DNA from: Hormiphora californensis
Lineage: Eukaryota; Animalia; Ctenophora
Assembly (NCBI GenBank): GCA_020137815.1
Contig: CM035356.1
Coordinates: 5,890,001-5,954,000, forward strand
DNA length: 64,000 nucleotides
Direction: 5' to 3'
This document shows, piece after piece, positions 40,070-53,006 of this stretch. The translations under genes and the position numbers were made by a program. Every line of letters starts with the position of its first letter. The first letter of the stretch is position 1. The notes below the pieces were generated by a model. It was not told the DNA's origin. It was given only the letters and a program-made list of their open reading frames with translations, and did not search any database.

Positions 40070-40180
40070 TCACTACAACAAATTGCTAGTACACTTTCAG
40101 TTGTCACTACAACTTGCTAGTACACTTTCAGTTGTCACTACAACTTGCTAGTACACTTTCAATTGTCACTACAACTTGCT
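40070..40180 (+). repeat. ~30-bp tandem repeat x4 spanning the BTB gene stop codon
   Basis: cactacaacttgctagtacactttcagttgt units. Confidence 0.8.
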
Positions 40181-40837
40181 CGTATGGGGATCCTTCCCCT
40201 TTCCCGTTGCTGCAGCTCTCTCCCTCTCAGCGACTCTCTTAGCCGCTAAAGCTCTCTTATGATCCTCCATCTTCCCCGCACTCCTTTTATCAAACGGCCT
40301 GGGTGGGAGCGGATCAGGAGCTGGGGTTGGAGGTATCTTGGCCATCTCCTCCTCAGCACACTTCTTCAGCTCGCTCACTGTCAGGTTAACCCAGGTGGGT
40401 GAGTCATCTAGCTTCCGGACAAACTCCGCGGCGATCTTCCCACACTGGTTGTCCAGGACGTAGTTCAGGCACTTGTTCGTCAACCAGGGTATATTGTAAA
40501 TGTGGGCCAGGGCTAGCATGTCCTGGAGTTGGGAAAGTCGGATGAGTTTCCCAATATCTCCACTGTAGAGAGCCTGGAAAAACCTCGTGGCTGCTCCTTC
40601 ATCAAAGTCTGTCATGAAGATTTCATCCTGGCCGAGGTCTGTGAAGAGGTGATCGAAAACTGGACTGTTGAGGCTTAGAATTAGGGAGTTTGCTTTTAAA
40701 GATTTCCCATTTTTCAGGTGTATGGCGATGTTTCCGTGGCAGGTATGGCACTCATAATCAACTCCAAAATCAATACCCTCCAGTAGACCGGTTGTGCTTC
40801 GTGGTGTGCCAGTTGGTTGGTGGTTTAGCAGGCATGT
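40169..40837 (-). CDS. Small BTB/POZ-domain protein related to the BTB of the neighbouring MATH-BTB genes; start unresolved
   Basis: The frame extends upstream of the ORF-track ATG: GIDFGVDYECHTCHGNIAIHLKNGKSLKANSLILSLNSPVFDHLF...TDFDEGAATRFFQALYSG. The nearest ATG (~40835) is one base out of frame. Confidence 0.7.
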   Translation of the reverse strand, partial: TCLLNHQPTGTPRSTTGLLEGIDFGVDYECHTCHGNIAIHLKNGKSLKANSLILSLNSPVFDHLFTDLGQDEIFMTDFDEGAATRFFQALYSGDIGKLIRLSQLQDMLALAHIYNIPWLTNKCLNYVLDNQCGKIAAEFVRKLDDSPTWVNLTVSELKKCAEEEMAKIPPTPAPDPLPPRPFDKRSAGKMEDHKRALAAKRVAERERAAATGKGKDPHTSKL

Positions 40838-41005
40838 CTACAGGGAGGGGTTAAGGGTGGTTTAGCAGGGGCATGTCTATAAGAGGGTTATAGCCTATTA
40901 TAGGGTTGGTTGGTTTCAGCTGGCTAAAAACCAGTTCTTTGTGAAAGAAACAAATATAATTGTGAAATTAAAGTTCATTTTAAAAGAAAAGCTGACAAAC
41001 TCTAT

Positions 41006-42341
41006 TTAAGACAAAAACATAATATAGATTAGCGCAAGAAGCATGAAAAACAAACACACTGCGCTGACTTTCTTACAAATGCCCAACAAAACGTCCCTGC
41101 TCTCTGTGGAATAAATAACTTCTTTGATAAGCTTGTTATTCATTGCGAAGACACCTCTTTTAGCCTCGAAAATAGCCAATTTTTGATCCTCAGTAAGGTC
41201 AAGGGCATCCAATCGCTCATTGTAAAGCTTCTTCGTGGCTGCACTACTAAATCCTTCGGGCCAGTCGAGCGCCTGATATGAAATGACGTGTAGATTCAGA
41301 GTTTTACCTATATTTCCCAACATAGCTAGAGTTAACCTTATGCATGGGACCTAAAGTAGGATTTTTGAATTTGTCACCCTCCTTCTTGGTTGGTTGTTTT
41401 GTGTGCCTACCACTTGTGTGATGTGCATATCAAAAATCCGACTTTACCTTCACTCCAAGGGGGAAAGTTTTCTTAAGACCAAGTACTCTAACAATCATAG
41501 GCCGAAGAATGGCACCACCAGCCAGGATTGCCATCTGCATTGTTTGAAGGTATCCTATCAGAACCACCGGGTCGCCTGCCACGTCTGCCTAAAATCAGGG
41601 AAAATGGATCGCTCTTAAATATTCCGGGTTTTTTAAAGACTTTTCGATGTCTGAATGTCTCAGAAACACTGCAAATCTATCTCTCGACCATTTTAAAATA
41701 TATTTCTAACCTGAATTTTCTGCTTGTATTCCTGCAACCCTGGTGATACTTCATCCTCCGGCAACTCTCCATCATAGAAATAAAGGACATCATCTTCGAA
41801 TGCTGGAAAAGTAAAAGTGAATATACAGTCAGACCTCGATTTACCGGGATGATAAACTTCCCCGATATACGAAATTGGCAGTATTTCAATTTTGACACTG
41901 ATATACCGGACACATGCACCCCGATATACCGGGCAAAACCCTTTCCCCCGAGCATTTTAATTTAACAATCCATTCACGAAGTGGAGAATGATTGTTTAAA
42001 ATGGTACCTTCGCTACGGAAAAGGGTGGGGAAGTACAACTGTTGTAATTCTGGACAGTCACCCCGTAGATCATCCATCATCTCCTCGATCATTTCAAAAA
42101 CCTTCCAAAAACGGTACACAGCCATGCGATAGACATTTCGATCTGAAATATTGAGGGAGATCCAGAGAAAAGAGATGGAGAAGGAGAAATCGGGAGAAGT
42201 GAGAAACTGAAGTCTGGTAATATATACCAAACTCAATGCATTTTTACCTGTCAGAGCAATGCTTAGTGCCGCGTTGAAGATTTTGTCTGACTTATCATGA
42301 TCATCAGATAGTTTTTTCTTGAGTTCCTCAGAAAATCCCAT
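41006..42341 (-). CDS. Heme oxygenase-like protein, copy 1 (5 exons, apparently intact, C-terminal membrane anchor)
   Basis: MGFSEELKKKLSDDHDKSD (proximal His) | YRMAVYRFWKVFEMIEE...LYFPTLFRSE | AFEDDVLYFYDG...YKQKI | PVVLIGYLQTMQMAILAGGAIL | KKLYNERLDALDLTEDQKLAIFEAKRGVFAMN...hydrophobic tail. Confidence 0.82.
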
Positions 42342-42601
42342 ATTTACATTCTATATGGGAAGAGGGGACGCTTAGATCATATGGAGGCATAATGTATATA
42401 TTGGACATTCAAATCGAATGATTGTAATCAGTTACCGGGGATAATTAAAAAACATGCTTCTTTAAAAAGATTTAAAAATATACAAAATTTTAACCAATGA
42501 TAGTTTTGATAATTAGTTTATAAACTTTAAAAATTATAGAAAGTGTCTTTCCACTCAATTTCAAATTCTATCATCCTCTTGACTTCTAATAGTCTCGCGT
42601 T

Positions 42602-44312
42602 TCAAAGTACCCTCTTAGTTTGAGAAAATGGTTTCTTGGTTGAACAGGGCCAGTTTGAATCCTCGGTATTCAACCAGTGGTTCCTTGCCATTGTAGCCAA
42701 GGTCCCATCGTTTACCAGCGCCTCCTTTAGGTTTTCCGTCTCCACCGATGTCATGAAATTACACGCGTACTCAGGGCTGATACACCGGCTCAGAGCCTCC
42801 GATAGAAAGGCCATGGTTTCCTTATCGTAGAGAGAAAAATTGAAATTCTCCAAGATGTAATCTCGAAGTGGGAGTGAGTGACCGAGGTCCAGAAATGTGA
42901 TTAGATTTTGCACGAACGTTGAGTGTAGCTCAAATTGAACAGCTAGTGCCATCAACAAATCCATTTCGGGACGTTTTGAAGTGGCTGCTAACAATCGGGG
43001 AATCTTGAATTGAAAGGCGGTTTTGTTTTCTGGAACACTCGAGAAAATATGTGTTAAGAATTTATCATCGCCAAACTTAACCGAGCAATCCAAGGCCAGC
43101 AGGGCACATTCCCAGTAACCAGTGAATTCATCCAATGATTTAGGAAGTTGTTGTTTGAAGAAAACAAGACATCCCTCCTTGGCCCAGTCAACTTTAAACA
43201 CAGCCACCATCTTGAGAAAATCACCGAATACCTTGAACTCGGTGGAGTCAACCAGCTTGTCAAGCCTCCCTGTGTAACAAGCATCAACGAATATTCGGAC
43301 GGATTCAGGTTCAAAATCAGAAACATCATGATCTAGCTCCCCCACTTCCTCAATTAGATTCTTCAAGACAGGAGAGTTACGGGACAGAACATAGGAGTTC
43401 AGAGAGATGTTAGTGCTATCGCTCAGAACAAAGCTGTTGTTTCCATGGGCAGGGAGGGACAGATACTCTTTACCAAAGTCTATCCCGGCTGGTTTTTCAA
43501 TAGCCGGCGAATTCACGGAGACTGAGCTAGTTCCCGAATTTGTCGCTGCTGGTTCTTGTTCGCAGGGAGAGCTGTGCATGTGGTCTATAATGATAAAAGT
43601 TACCAAAACAGATGCTCCGCCTCCAACGCTATTTTTCGGTAGTTTGAAATCAATATACTCTCCCAGGAGTTTACATTGCTTCAGAGTTGGGTTCTGCCTC
43701 ACCAGTATTAACACAGATTCATCCAAATTCTCTATTATGCCTGTTTCTGGGCTATAGCCGTTCACTTTAAACTTCAAGTGTCGAGGTCCACGCCTTTTCA
43801 CTTCGACTTTCCAGCTTTTCCCGAATTTTTCAAGGAATATTTCATTTAAAGCAGGCACACCAGTGAGGTTTATGGTTCGGCTGAAAACAACCGTGCTTTT
43901 CTCGTCCTGCATAATCTGTTGAACATGTGCCTCGCCCAAGTTACATTGAGTGATGACAGCAGATACGGTTATCTTTATTTCATTTTCCCCGCTATCTTTC
44001 ATGAAGTTCTGCCATCCATGTCCATATCCAGATCCGTTGTATTTCTTGCCAGTATAGGTGTGATTTTTCACTCCTCTTGGTGATACCATGTTCCATCGAG
44101 AAGTCTGTACTGCAACTCCAATTCTTAGTAGCGTTAACAGGTTTAATATGAAGAGAAGCATCGATAAAGTCTTTACCACGAGTTTTACTAACACATACGC
44201 TCCAAAAGAATCCGTGAAACAGCCGCCAATCGCTGAACAATCGCTCATGATCTTCAAGCTGTCTGTTGCGTGGTATAGAGATTAAAAACTCCGCTGAAAA
44301 CTGTTTTGCCAT
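42602..44312 (-). CDS. Intronless MATH-like + BTB protein, copy 1 (one +1 frameshift near 44065)
   Basis: ORFs 43992-44312 and 42602-44257 together match the 570-aa copy 2; one extra base lies in or near a T run. Confidence 0.75.
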
Positions 44313-44604
44313 GTTCGTTCCTTTGGGTGAGTTAATAATAAGTTAGTAATTTTGTAGTTCACAACTCACGAGTTATGGGATGAGATTCAAGCGGACGATA
44401 CAAGCGGACGATACAAAAGGGTTACAGGGTGGTTTAGCAGGCATATATATACGAGTGGGCTAACGGGTGGTTTAGCAGGGGCATGTCTTTAAGAGGGTTA
44501 TAGCCTATAGGGTTGGTTGGTTTCAGCTGGCTGTTCTTTGTGAAAGAAACAAATATAATTGTGAAATTAAAGTTCATTTTAAAAGAAAAGCTGACAAACT
44601 CTAT

Positions 44605-46522
44605 TTAAGACAAAAACATAATGTAGATTAGCGCAAGGAGCATGAAAAATAAACACACGGCGCTGACTTTCTTACAAATGCCTAACAAAACGTCCCTGCT
44701 CTCTGTAGAATAAATAACTTCTTTGATAAGCTTGTTATTCATTGCGAAGACACCTCTTTTAGCCTCGAAAATAGCCAATTTTTTCCCTGCCCGGGTGGAT
44801 GCCCGAAGGGCATCCACCCGGATGATCGTTTTAGCACGTGTGCTAAAAAGATCATAAAGGGTTTAGAAATCTCGGATTTGAAATAGTAACTCGAGCGTGG
44901 TCAAAATCGCGTGTGTCACGGTAGCAGCCTGACAACCGCGATGCTGACAATTTTGAAAAGTTCGTCCGCAAAGTTATTACAGTACGGATTTCGGTGGCGC
45001 GCGCTCAGAATTTGCTGCGCGCGCACACTCTCAATGCAGCGTATGTATACACACCTCGCGCGTTACAGCATAGCCGTAGCGCTTGAATGGATTTAACTTC
45101 TTGGTAAATCTGATTGAAACTAAAAGGCGTTGAAAGCTCAGCTCGTTAGTATGGTGACTGAGGGAACGTGAGAAGTTTCCCATGCATAGCTTGGTGTCAC
45201 ATAACATTGTAATTAGGCGTTGGCGGACGACGATCAGATCACATTGCACGGTATCGTCTGGTGTGACTGTGAGCGGCGCTTACCAGATCTCATCGTTTAT
45301 CAGTGATCGGTTCGAGTATTCGTTGGCAGGGAAACACAGCATTATGAAACATAATGCAATAATAATTCTTGTTGATCCTCAGTAAGGTCAAGGGCATCCA
45401 ATCGCTCATTGTAAAGCTTCTTTGTGGCTGCACTACTAAATCCTTCGGGCCAGTCGAGCGCCTGATATGACGTGAAGATTCGGATTTTTACATTTAACCT
45501 TTACAAACCTGGAGATATCAATAATCTTCATGGTCCACTGATTCATTATGCAAAGAACCTTGGACGAAGGTCCTTGGTAAATTACCCCTCCCTTCATTAC
45601 CGACATGGGACATACCTTCACTCCAAGGGGGAAGGTTTTCTTAAGTCCAAGTACTCTAACAATCATAGGCCGGAGGATGGCACCACCAGCCAGGATTGCC
45701 ATCTGCATTGTTTGAAGATATCCTATCAGCACCACCGGGTCGCCTGCCACGTCTGCCTAAAATCAGGGAAAATGGATCGCTCTTAAATATTCCGGGTTTT
45801 TTAAAGACTTTTCGATGTCTTACTGTCTCAGAAACACTGCAAATCTATCTCTCGACCATTTTAAAATATATTTCTAACCTGAATTTTCTGCTTGTATTCC
45901 TGCAACCCTGGTGATATTTCATCCTCCGGCAACTCTCCATCATAGAAATAAAGGACATCATCTTCGAATGCTGGAAAAGTAAAAGTGAATATACAGTCAG
46001 ACCTCGATTTACCGGGATGATAAACTTCCCCGATATACGAAATTGGCAGTATTTCAATTTTGACCCTGATATACCGGGCACCTGCACCCCGATATACGGT
46101 ATACCGGGCAAAACCCTTTACCCCGAGCATTTTCATTTAACAATCCATTCACGAAGTGGAGAATGATAGTTGAAAATGGTACCTTCGCTACGGAAAAGGG
46201 TGGGGAAGTACAACTGTTGTAATTCTGGACAGTCACCCCGTAGATCATCCATCATCTCCTCGATCATTTCAAAAACCTTCCAAAAACGGTACACAGCCAT
46301 ACGATAGACATTTCGATCTGAAATTGAGGGAGATCCAGAGAAAAGAGATGGAGAAGGAGAAATCGGGAGAAGTGAGAGAGTGAGAAACTGAAGTCTGGTA
46401 ATATATACCAAACTCAATGCATTTTTACCTGTCAGAGCAATGCTTAGTGCCGCGTTGAAGATTTTGTCTGACTTATCATGATCATCAGATAGTTTTTTCT
46501 TGAGTTCCTCAGAAAATCCCAT
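44605..46522 (-). pseudogene. Heme oxygenase-like copy 2, last exon interrupted by a ~590-bp insertion
   Basis: Near-identical to copy 1; the insertion between DQ and KLAIF introduces a stop after ~9 codons. Confidence 0.8.
44783..45371 (+). mobile_element. Non-autonomous Helentron/DINE-1-like element
   Basis: Inserted in a T run with no TSD (empty site visible in copy 1); subterminal inverted repeats TTTCCCTGCC / GGCAGGGAAA (45325-45334); 3' hairpin GCATTATG-aaa-CATAATGC; 5' palindrome CCGGGTGGATGCCC-gaa-GGGCATCCACCCGG. Confidence 0.75.
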
Positions 46523-46764
46523 ATTTACATTCTATATGGGAAGAGGGGACGCTTAGATCATATGGAGGCATATTGGACATTCAAATCGAATGATTGTAAT
46601 CAGTTACCGGGGATAATTAAAAAACATGCTTCTTTAAAAAGATTTAAAAATATACAAAATTTTAACCAATGATAGTTTTGATAATTAGTTTATAAATTTA
46701 AAAAATTATAATAAGTGTCTTTTCACTCAAATTCAAATTCTATCACCCTCTTTTCCATCGCGTT

Positions 46765-48477
46765 TCAAAGTACCCTCTTAGTTTGAGAAAATGGTTTCTT
46801 GGTTGAACAGGGCCAGTTTGAATCCTCGGTATTCAGCCAGTGGTTCCTTGCCATTGTAGCCAAGGTCCCATCTTTTACCAGCGCCTCCTTTAGGTTTTCC
46901 GTCTCCAACGATGTCATGAAATTACACGCGTACTCAGGGCTGATACACCGGCTCAGAGCCTCCGATAGAAAGGCCATGGTTTCCTTATCGTAGAGAGAAA
47001 AGTTGAAATTCTCCAAGATGTAATCTCGAAGTGGTAAAGTGCAGCCGAGGTCCAGAATTGAAATCAGATGTTGTACGAACGTTGAGTGTAGCTCAAATTG
47101 AACAGCTAGTGCCATCAGCAAATCCATTTCGGGACGTTTTGAAGTGACTGCTAACAATCGGGGAATCTTGAATTGAAAGGCGGTTTTGTTTTCTGGAACA
47201 CTCGAGAAAATATGTGTTAAGAATTTATCATCGCCAAACTTAACCGAGCAATCTAAGGCCAGCAGGGCACATTCCCAGTAACCAGTGAATTCATCCAATG
47301 ATTTAGGAAGTTGTTGTTTGAAGAAAACAAGACATCCCTCCTTGGCCCAGTCAACTTTAAACACAGCCACCATCTTGAGAAAATCACCGAATACCTTGAA
47401 CTCGGTGGAGTCAACCAGCTTGTCAAGCCTCCCTGTGTAACAAGCATCAACGAATATTCGGACGGATTCAGGTTCAAAATCAGAAACATCATGATCTAGC
47501 TCCCCAACTTCCTCAATTAGATTCTTCAGGACAGGAGAGTTACGGGACAGAACATAGGAGTTCAGAGAGATGTTAGTGCTATCGCTCAGAACAAAGCTGT
47601 TGTTTCCATGGGCAGGGAGGGACAGATACTCTTTACCAAAGTCTATCCCGGCTGGTTTTTCAATGGCCGGCGAATTCACGGAGGCTAGGTTAGTTCCCGA
47701 ATTTGTCGCTGCTGGTTCTCGTTCGCAGGGAGAGCTGTGCATGTGGTCTATAATGATAAAAGTGACCAAAACAGATGCTCCGCCTCCAACGCTATTTTTC
47801 GGTAGTTTGAAATCAATATACTCTCCCAGGAGTTTACATTGCTTCAGAGTTGGGTTCTGTCTCACCAGTATTAACACAGATTCATCCAAATTCTCTATCA
47901 TGCCTGTTTCTGGGCTATAGCCGTTCACTTTAAACTTCAAGTGTCGAGGTCCACGCCTTTTCACTTCGACTATCCATCTTCTCCCGAATTTTTCAAGGAA
48001 TATTTCATTTAAAGCAGGCACACCAGTGAGGTTTATGGTTTGGCTGAAAACAACCGTGCTTTTCTCGTCCTGCACGATCTGTTGAACAGGTACCTCGCCC
48101 AAGTTACATTGAGTGATGTCAGCAGATACGGTTATCTTTATTTCATTTTCCCCGCTATCCTTCATAAAGTTCTCCCAACCGCATCCAGATCCAGATCCGT
48201 CGTATTTGTGGCCAGTATAGGTGAATTTCGTGCTCTTCTTGGTGATTCCATGTTCCAGCGAGAAGTCTATATTGCAACTCCAATTCTTATTAGCGTTAAC
48301 AGGTTTAATTATATGAAGAAGAGCTTTGAGAAATTCGTTACCACGAGTTTTACTAACAGATACGCCCCAAAAGAATCCGTGAAACAGCCGCCAATCGCTG
48401 AAAAATCGCTCATGATCTTGAAGCTGTCTGTTGCGTGGTATAGAGATTAAAAACTCAGCGGAAAACCTTTTTGCCAT
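46765..48477 (-). CDS. Intronless MATH-like + BTB protein, copy 2 (intact, 570 aa)
   Basis: N-terminal MATH-like pattern (FHGFFWGVSV...LLHI...NWSC...GCGWENF); BTB pattern (SFVLSDSTNISLNSYVLSRNSPVLKNLI...VSDFEPESVRIFVDACYTG). Confidence 0.78.
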   Translation of the reverse strand: MAKRFSAEFLISIPRNRQLQDHERFFSDWRLFHGFFWGVSVSKTRGNEFLKALLHIIKPVNANKNWSCNIDFSLEHGITKKSTKFTYTGHKYDGSGSGCGWENFMKDSGENEIKITVSADITQCNLGEVPVQQIVQDEKSTVVFSQTINLTGVPALNEIFLEKFGRRWIVEVKRRGPRHLKFKVNGYSPETGMIENLDESVLILVRQNPTLKQCKLLGEYIDFKLPKNSVGGGASVLVTFIIIDHMHSSPCEREPAATNSGTNLASVNSPAIEKPAGIDFGKEYLSLPAHGNNSFVLSDSTNISLNSYVLSRNSPVLKNLIEEVGELDHDVSDFEPESVRIFVDACYTGRLDKLVDSTEFKVFGDFLKMVAVFKVDWAKEGCLVFFKQQLPKSLDEFTGYWECALLALDCSVKFGDDKFLTHIFSSVPENKTAFQFKIPRLLAVTSKRPEMDLLMALAVQFELHSTFVQHLISILDLGCTLPLRDYILENFNFSLYDKETMAFLSEALSRCISPEYACNFMTSLETENLKEALVKDGTLATMARNHWLNTEDSNWPCSTKKPFSQTKRVL

Positions 48478-49069
48478 GTTCGTTCCTTTGGGGGAGTTAA
48501 TAATAAGTTAGTAATACTAACTTAGTATTTATGTTATTATATAGTGTGTAGACAGGTAAAATAAACAAGGGTAAGAAAATATAAACTCTGAATTAATCGA
48601 GTCCTGGTGGGTGGAACGGAATACTTCTTCATAAATACTTCTCCTTGTATTGTGCTCCATCATTCCATCGTGGCTTACATAGTGGCTTACATAGTTAGCT
48701 GTGTCTAATTCTTTGTCGTTCACAACTCACGAGTTATGGGATGAAATTCAAGCGGACGATAACTCAAACTCGAATATTTCGAACTGGAACAGGGAACTCA
48801 CTTTTGAAAATTATTAGGCGATTTATAGTCTGGGTCTGGTGATTTCAGATTTTCTGTCCGCCCCACTATTCGGGTTGGCGTGATCTAAGTAACAATAACA
48901 ATAACAATAACAATAACAATAACATTTAACATTTATAAATCGCTTTTGAGCGAAAAGTGTTTATCTTGATCGACTTATACTAAAGCGTCCTTTCGATCAA
49001 AACTCGCTTTCTAAAGCGAGTTAATAGTTAATAAGTTAATTAAAATAGTTAACAATAAACTGTCACATA

Positions 49070-50175
49070 TCTCTATTATAATTTGGAGATGAACGACGTG
49101 GTGGTCGTTCCTTAGGCGGTATCTAAGCGACAAGCTGCTCCTTCATAAAACATTTCATGTACCCAAAGCTGTAAAGCTGCTATTTACACTTTTGAAACTT
49201 CCAGTGGAAGTTTATTAATATTTTCGAATGCCTTTTAACATGCCAGTCCCCATAGTTACCAATCCAGTTGCCATGGCAACCGTGTTGAAAGAGGCAAAAA
49301 GAACCACCAGGCGAAGCCGGGTGGGTTATCAAAATGCCCTTACTTGAGCGCACCCAATGGGTGCGCTAGTCCTTATTATAATAAGCAAATGAACGTCGTA
49401 GTGATGAGGAGTAGTGATGGAGTATCCCACGTGCAAATGGTGGGGGGTTGCCCTGGGAGGTGGCTTGGGAGGGGTATTGGAGGGGGATACTGCACGTGCA
49501 TATTATTGTTTGTTTGTTGCGAGTTCCTGTGTGGTGTTTCGTGGTGTTTTGGGATATACTACTGGGGCCGCCATGATTGCCAAAGCCTTTCTACCTACGT
49601 ACCCCGTTGATTCTCTACACAGCTACAATTCTACGGATCTTTATCACCTGATTCTACATGTTATTCAGCGGGATTTCCCTTGATGTTTATCACCAGCGCT
49701 CTACCACTACCAACCTCCGTATTCTTTACCCCGACATGGAGAGACAAAGAGTAAGAGGGGGCATAGAGACGGGTGGGGGTGTGTTGTAGGACTTAACAAG
49801 AGTAAGAGGGGGGGGGGGAGAGACATGGGGACGGTGGGGGGGTGAGGAACTTCAATGGGCTTTCTAGTCTATATTATAATTTGGAGATGAACGTCGAAGT
49901 CGTTCGTTAGGCGGTATCTAAGCGACAGGCTGCTCCTTCATAAAACACTCTATGTGCCCAAAGCTGTAAAGCTGTTACTCACAGTTACTCACAGTTCCAG
50001 CGGAAGTTTATTTATATTTTCGAATGACTTTTAACATGCCAGTCCCCATAGTTACCAATTCAGTTGCCATGGCAACCGTTTTATTGACGTTGAAAGGGGC
50101 AAAAAGAACCACCCGGCGAAGCCGGGTGGGTTATCAAAAAGCCCTTACTTGAGGCGCACCCAATGGGTGCGCTAG
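49070..50175 (+). mobile_element. Three head-to-tail non-autonomous Helitrons (types A-B-A)
   Basis: A|TC...CTAG(49369)|TC...CTAG(49867)|TC...CTAG(50175)|T; the 3' hairpin GCGCACCCA-A-TGGGTGCGC abuts CTAG in the A units. Confidence 0.85.
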
Positions 50176-51072
50176 TAATTAATAAATAGTTAATAAGTTA
50201 ATCAAAACAGCATAAACTGAACACTGTATATATCCACAAGATAGAATCATACAAAAGTCTAGGAAAATATAGCGCAACAGAGGCCATAGATCTCAACGTA
50301 AAAAATTACTACACCAGTCTCAATAAGGTGTGCACGTCATGGAAAAGATGAGGTGTAATGTTGAGCTTGGTCTTGAAAAATGGTTTACTCGTGTCTTGCA
50401 GAGTATGATAGTGAACGATAAGACTTCAAATCCCTTTCGGCAACATTGTGATGTGATATCCTGTGAATAGAGAGTTGATAGATTTCTACATGAAACGAAA
50501 ATTGAAAGAGCAACCACAACTGCAAATGCAGTTCAGAAAGATATAAAACGCTCTTGGATCAAGGGATCCAAAGATAGCAAAATACAAACTAAAGTCCAAT
50601 TTCCCACTCAAGCGACAGGTCGCCACACACCAACTCGCTAAACAGATGTGAAACTGGCTGAACCAGTGACGCTCGACAAGGCAGAGACCTATCCAGTGAT
50701 ACCAGGATCAAGCCCCATACCACCAAGACAAGACCAGAGAAAAGAATTAAGTGCCCGGCACCCCGCCACTCGAGTAAAAAATTGGACTATACCCAAACCT
50801 AGGTAAAAAAGCCGAGCAATGATACAGAAATATACAACCTGGGTGAAAGTCCGTTTACCAGTTTGGCCCATGGCCGTGATAGAGTGAAACTTCTTGGGAA
50901 TCATGCCAAATAAGGTCCAGATGAAGTGAAGATCCTGTTCCCTTAACCGCTCGAGAAAGAGAACAAACACACACATACATACAAACAAACACACACACGC
51001 ACACACAAACATACACACACACACACACACACATACACTAGAAGAAAAGAGGTTGAGAGAAAGAAGGGTAGG

Positions 51073-51103
<31 letters not shown>

Positions 51104-51466
51104 CTTTTTCTTTTTATTATGTATTGCCTCTTTTTGATTTTTTGATTTTTTTTAAATTTAAAAAAAATTTTTTTAAATTCTTTTTTCTTTGCTTTTTTGA
51201 TTTTTTAACCCGGGCTCTTTTTATACCGATCAGTTCTGGGGATCCGTCACATAAAATAAACCAATCAACTCCCAAATCTCCACTTCCTAGAACAAACAAA
51301 ATAATAAGTATTCAACTGACCACCAGACACACAAACAACCTCCTCTATATCTCCTGGCTCCTACTAACTCTAGAAATTCAACGGATTCCTATTGTCACAA
51401 TGGACATTTCAGCTCCTTACACGCCAAAAGCCCTACAGAACAAAAACGTCTTTAGATCCACTTTAA

Positions 51467-52856
51467 GGGTACGCTAACCAAAAATTTTTTTCGAGTGCAG
51501 GGAAATCTCTCACCGTAGGGTTGTAGGCCATGCCAAGGAGACCTCAAATATGCAATTTGAGCTCTCAAGTCGAATTCATATTTTTGCTACAGCTGCTTGA
51601 AAAATGAACTGAAAATAAGTTTTTGGCATCTTTAAAATACATTTGTAAAGATAGGAGCATGAAAATTTGGGGATTTGAAGAGGACATGAAGGTGAATAAC
51701 CACAAAAATTTTTTTTGCAATCCGAGCTGATTTCCGGTCCTGAGATGGATTTCTTTTTTTCCACTTTAACGCCCTATTTGGCAAAGTTCCGAAAACATGT
51801 GAAAGCTGTAAATTGGTGAAAAGTTGCGTCTAACGATTATCTAAGTGGCCATAAATTTTGGGCGTGTCCTTATTTGAGATAAGCTGTACAGAGTTTTTTT
51901 TTGTGAAAGCCGTCATTTCAGAAATAAATAAATTCCCTGTATCTCAAAAACGGCTGATCGTAGAGACCTGAGACTATGCTTAAACGATTCAGAAGGTCCG
52001 ATTTTGGGGGGGTCTTCTGAGAGACATTTTGCTCCTACTTCAACCGTTTTTGCTGTAATTGCGAAAAACAAATTCTATGAAAAGGGCAAAAGCTAAACTC
52101 CAATATCCTGTAATTAGGGAATTTTGGCTAAGAAAGGACCGAAACTATGGAAAAATGTGTAACAATCTAATTCCTTCACTATTTGGTCCATATGGGTCCC
52201 TATAATCACCAAAAACAAAATCACAAAAAATCCACGATGGCGAAGATGGGTTTTTGTTTTTCGCAATTACAGCAAAAACGGTTGAAGTAGGAGCAAAATG
52301 TCTCTCAGAAGACCCCCCCAAAATCGGACCTTCTGAATCGTTTTAGCATAGTCTCAGGTCTCTACGATCAGCCGTTTTTGAGATACAGGGAATTTATTTA
52401 TTTCTGAAACGACGGCTTTCACAAAAAAAACTCTGTACAGCTTATCTCAAATAAGGACACGCCCAAAATTTATGGCCACTTAGATAATCGTTAGACGCAA
52501 CTTTTCACCAATTTACAGCTTTCACATGTTTTCGGAACTTTGCCAAATAGGGCGTTAAAGTGGAAAAAAAGAAATCCATCTCAGGACCGGAAATCAGCTC
52601 GGATTGCAAAAAAATTTTTTGTGGTTATTCACCTTCATATCCTCTTCAAATCCCCAAATTTTCATGCTCCTATTTTTAAAAAAAAATTTTGAGATGCCAA
52701 AAACGTATTTACAGGACATTTTTTAAACAGCTGTAGCAAAAATATGAATTCGACTTAAGGGCTAAAATTGCATATTTGAGGTCTCCTTGGTATGGCCTAC
52801 AACCCTACGGTGAGAGATTTCCCTGCACTCGAAAAAAAATTTTGGTTAGCGTACCC
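51467..52856. mobile_element. Foldback DNA element with ~600-bp TIRs and TTAA TSD (Kolobok-like)
   Basis: TTAA|GGGTACGCTAACC...GGTTAGCGTACCC|TTAA; removal restores LINE ORF2 ...ETLKRFKVDLKTFLF. Confidence 0.8.
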
Positions 52857-53006
52857 TTAAAACGTTTTAGAGTCTCTGATTCACGCAATTCTCTTGGCAG
52901 TTTGTTCCATAGTCGAGGTCCCGATACGCTGAATGCACGATCAGTTGTCTTGTAATTTGGATGGGGGATTTCAAGCAAAAGTTTATCTCCATCTGCACGC
53001 AGTCCT

